A stretch of 64,000 bases of DNA from Rhodosorus marinus CCMP1338 (lineage: Eukaryota; Plantae; Rhodophyta): contig JAMWBK010000007.1 of the NCBI GenBank assembly GCA_029953675.1, positions 124,001 through 188,000 on the forward strand. Reading direction: 5' to 3'. Within the stretch, counting starts at the first letter, position 1, and each line of letters starts with the position of its first letter. The notes under the pieces were generated by a model. It did no database searches, was not told where the DNA came from, and saw nothing but the letters and a program-made list of their open reading frames with translations. A program made the translations under genes and the position numbers. Positions 62,696-64,000 of the stretch are shown here, piece by piece.

Positions 62696-63892
62696 TCACG
62701 ATTTTAAGCCGGAGCTCGATGTAGCTGATGGTTCAGAAGGTGGAGCTCCCTCGCCCTTGCTCAGGTTGTCAATGAGAGCGTGAGCACTGTGAAAGCCAGG
62801 TTCAACGGCAAAATCTGAGAAAAACACGCTGACCTGCTTCTTCGTGGTCAGTTTGATCATCCCAGAGTCATCTAGTCTTTGAACTTTGTCCACGTCCTCC
62901 ATCTTGAGGGAAACCTGTCAAAGTTGGTAGGAACGGAGAAAGTCTCAATGAGATGCACTACCTTTCTCTCTCCGCAAAGCACCCATACGTACAGGAAATT
63001 CAGCCTTCCCGAATCCAGAATAGTCACTATGCGCACGGAACGCGACGGTTCCAACGGTGAGGAAGAGAGTTCCTCCAAATTTGAAAGTCTTCTCGGGCAG
63101 GAACGCATTGTGGTAGCACCGGAATCTTGATGCAAAGCGACAAGAAAATACATCTCGTCAGATGGTAGTTCGAAAACGAGCGTGGGGGTGGAAGCATGAT
63201 GGTATAGGAGATGTAGACATACTTCTCGACCAGCTGACATTCATACATTTCAACAACTTTCTGCTCCTTCAAGTCTGGGAACAAACTGTTAAACCGATCC
63301 TGTTTCGAGCCGCCTGAGCTGAAACCGACTGGTCCACCGCTGATCCCCAAGGCTCCGCCGAGCAACCCTCCAATCTGTTGAATACTCTGGTTAAACTCCG
63401 TCCCTACTTTTCCAAGCTCCTTCTGAATCTCTTCAGTCCCCTTCGAAATCGCTTCCTTCTCCTCTCGCGATATAATCGTCGAGAAGTTGGGGATCTGTGC
63501 AAACCAGCCACTGCCTGTGCTTCCTCCTCCGCCTCCTTCTCCATCGGCCCCCATAGCCCGCACCTCGCCACTCACCTCTGGAGTCTAAAACCAAACAATC
63601 CGGGACATAGGTTCTCACCATTCAGTCTCAATTTCCAGGACGCAAAAACAAGTTCAAAAAGAGCAAGGCAATACAAAAACTGACCTCTGCGGCAATCGTC
63701 GAGGTCTTCATCTGGTCTTCTAACTCACGAAGAATGTCCTCCTCCGTGGGATCATTCTCCGGTCTCTCACCAGCTCCTTCACCAGATGCCATTGAAGGTT
63801 TTCTTCTTCAAAAAATAAAACCAAATCAAAAGAACAAAATCGGCCTCCCTTCTCATCAAACTTGCAAGCAGCTCCTTACGCTTTGCCACCAT
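62696..63892 (-). CDS. GRAM/PH-like domain protein (about 5 exons; 5' and 3' ends less certain)
   Basis: RFNSLFPDLKEQKVVEMYECQL...FKFGGTLFLTVGTVAF...LKMEDVDKVQR...VFFSDF...AHALI fits the GRAM pattern (F..LF.....E.....Y.C.L...G.L.LT...+.F). Upstream exons (MVAK|QENLQWH...AAE|TPEVSG) are inferred from in-phase GT-AG sites. Confidence 0.7.
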
Positions 63893-64000
63893 TCCAAACC
63901 CCGAATATCAGAACCAAACCAGACTCCTCTTCCGCTTTTTAAGCTCTCCGAAAAAGCTCAAAATGGTATCGTTTTCGACGGGTTTTGGAGCGGTGGGAGG

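Overview
Eukaryotic nuclear DNA with short GT-AG introns. It is probably from a red alga: an inference from nucleus-encoded plastid proteins whose transit peptides begin MGYV/MAPAF/MESLGLGFV. About 18 housekeeping genes are present: ARP4 (partial), a TPR-TPR-J-domain-DnaJ-X co-chaperone, a DnaJ-type zinc-finger protein, an A20/AN1 SAP, DUF92/VTE6-like, PEX19, a SHAQKYF MYB, an SLC25 carrier, FAHD1, a divergent HCF136/Ycf48, a rhomboid, LIN9/ALY, a secreted orphan and a GRAM protein. The standout is a three-gene intronless array at 39.9-55.4 kb encoding secreted AA10 (Tma12/CbpD-like) lytic polysaccharide monooxygenases fused to two fungal-type CBM1 modules. Two copies also carry a GH19 chitinase and a small Cys-rich tail; one of these has a 1-nt frameshift. 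The array sits in a ~6 kb segmental duplication and shows signs of gene conversion. The window also holds at least five short, decayed, inverted duplications placed next to their parent sequences (ARP4, DUF92, FAHD1, a CRE-type retroposon endonuclease, an unassigned segment) and a copia relic with an internally inverted RNase H. All identities are by-eye estimates; no searches were run.
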